A stretch of 64,000 nucleotides of DNA from an uncultured delta proteobacterium (GTDB taxonomy: Bacteria > Myxococcota_A > UBA9160 > SMWR01). The position numbers and the translations under genes are program-made. Position 1 is the first letter of the stretch. Each line of letters starts with the position of its first letter. The notes under the pieces were generated by a model. It worked only from the letters and a program-made list of their open reading frames with translations. It had not been told where the DNA came from and ran no database searches. The DNA lies in assembly GCA_963832165.1 (NCBI GenBank), contig CAWHTE010000011.1:736001-800000 (forward strand), in the 5' to 3' direction. Shown piece by piece: positions 63,696-64,000 of this stretch.

Positions 63696-64000
63696 ATGAG
63701 TGAGACTCCGCGACCGGTCATCGAGACCCGCTTCGATCAGATGTTTCCGAGGCTCGATCCGCCCGAGATCGACCGGCTGCGGCGCTTCGCCGAGCCGCGC
63801 AGCTATGCCGCGAGCGAGCGGCTGATCGCGACCGGCGACGTCAGTCCCGGCATGTTCATCGTCCTCTCCGGCGAGGTCGCGATCACGCAGCACAGCGCGC
63901 TCGGGCACGAGGAGGCGATCGTCACCCACGGGCCCGGCGGGTTCGTCGGCGAGCTGAACCAGCTCTCGGGCCGGCCGTCGCTCGTGGACGCGCGCGCGAC
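63696..64000 (+). CDS. cNMP-binding-domain protein, probably the N-terminus of a thioredoxin-reductase-like flavoprotein (partial)
   Basis: MSETPRPVIETRFDQMFPRL...MFIVLSGEVAI...GGFVGELNQLSGRPSLVDARA. Confidence 0.8.
   Translation, partial: MSETPRPVIETRFDQMFPRLDPPEIDRLRRFAEPRSYAASERLIATGDVSPGMFIVLSGEVAITQHSALGHEEAIVTHGPGGFVGELNQLSGRPSLVDARA

Overview
High-GC bacterial window. The PEP-CTERM proteins, TMTC-like glycosyltransferase and Kazal/TSP3/dockerin protein suggest Myxococcota/Deltaproteobacteria, but this is inference. Most of it is accessory metabolism: cytochrome P450, amidohydrolases, SDRs, an IorAB-type molybdoenzyme with XdhC/MocA, YvcK plus phosphomutase, PleD, an LLM monooxygenase, DUF3300/DUF2950, a two-component system with an RND pump, and a YcaC/amidohydrolase/haloperoxidase/porin cluster. 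Two AT-richer patches stand out. (1) ~2030-5151 is the right end of an element integrated at tmRNA: a tyrosine integrase next to a tmRNA 3'-end copy, two small orphan ORFs, a 56-bp tandem repeat and three 55-56-bp-phased AGACG-N6/7-TTACGT repeats. (2) ~36790-41100 holds HNH and SelB fragments, a DUF3494 ice-binding protein reading through its PEP-CTERM anchor into a second PEP-CTERM protein, and an XRE-type HTH gene flanked by repeated TATGCAC-NN-GTGCA palindromes. About eight frameshifts and several abrupt gene-fragment junctions suggest sequencing or assembly error, so pseudogene calls are tentative. All family assignments come from motif recognition, not database searches.
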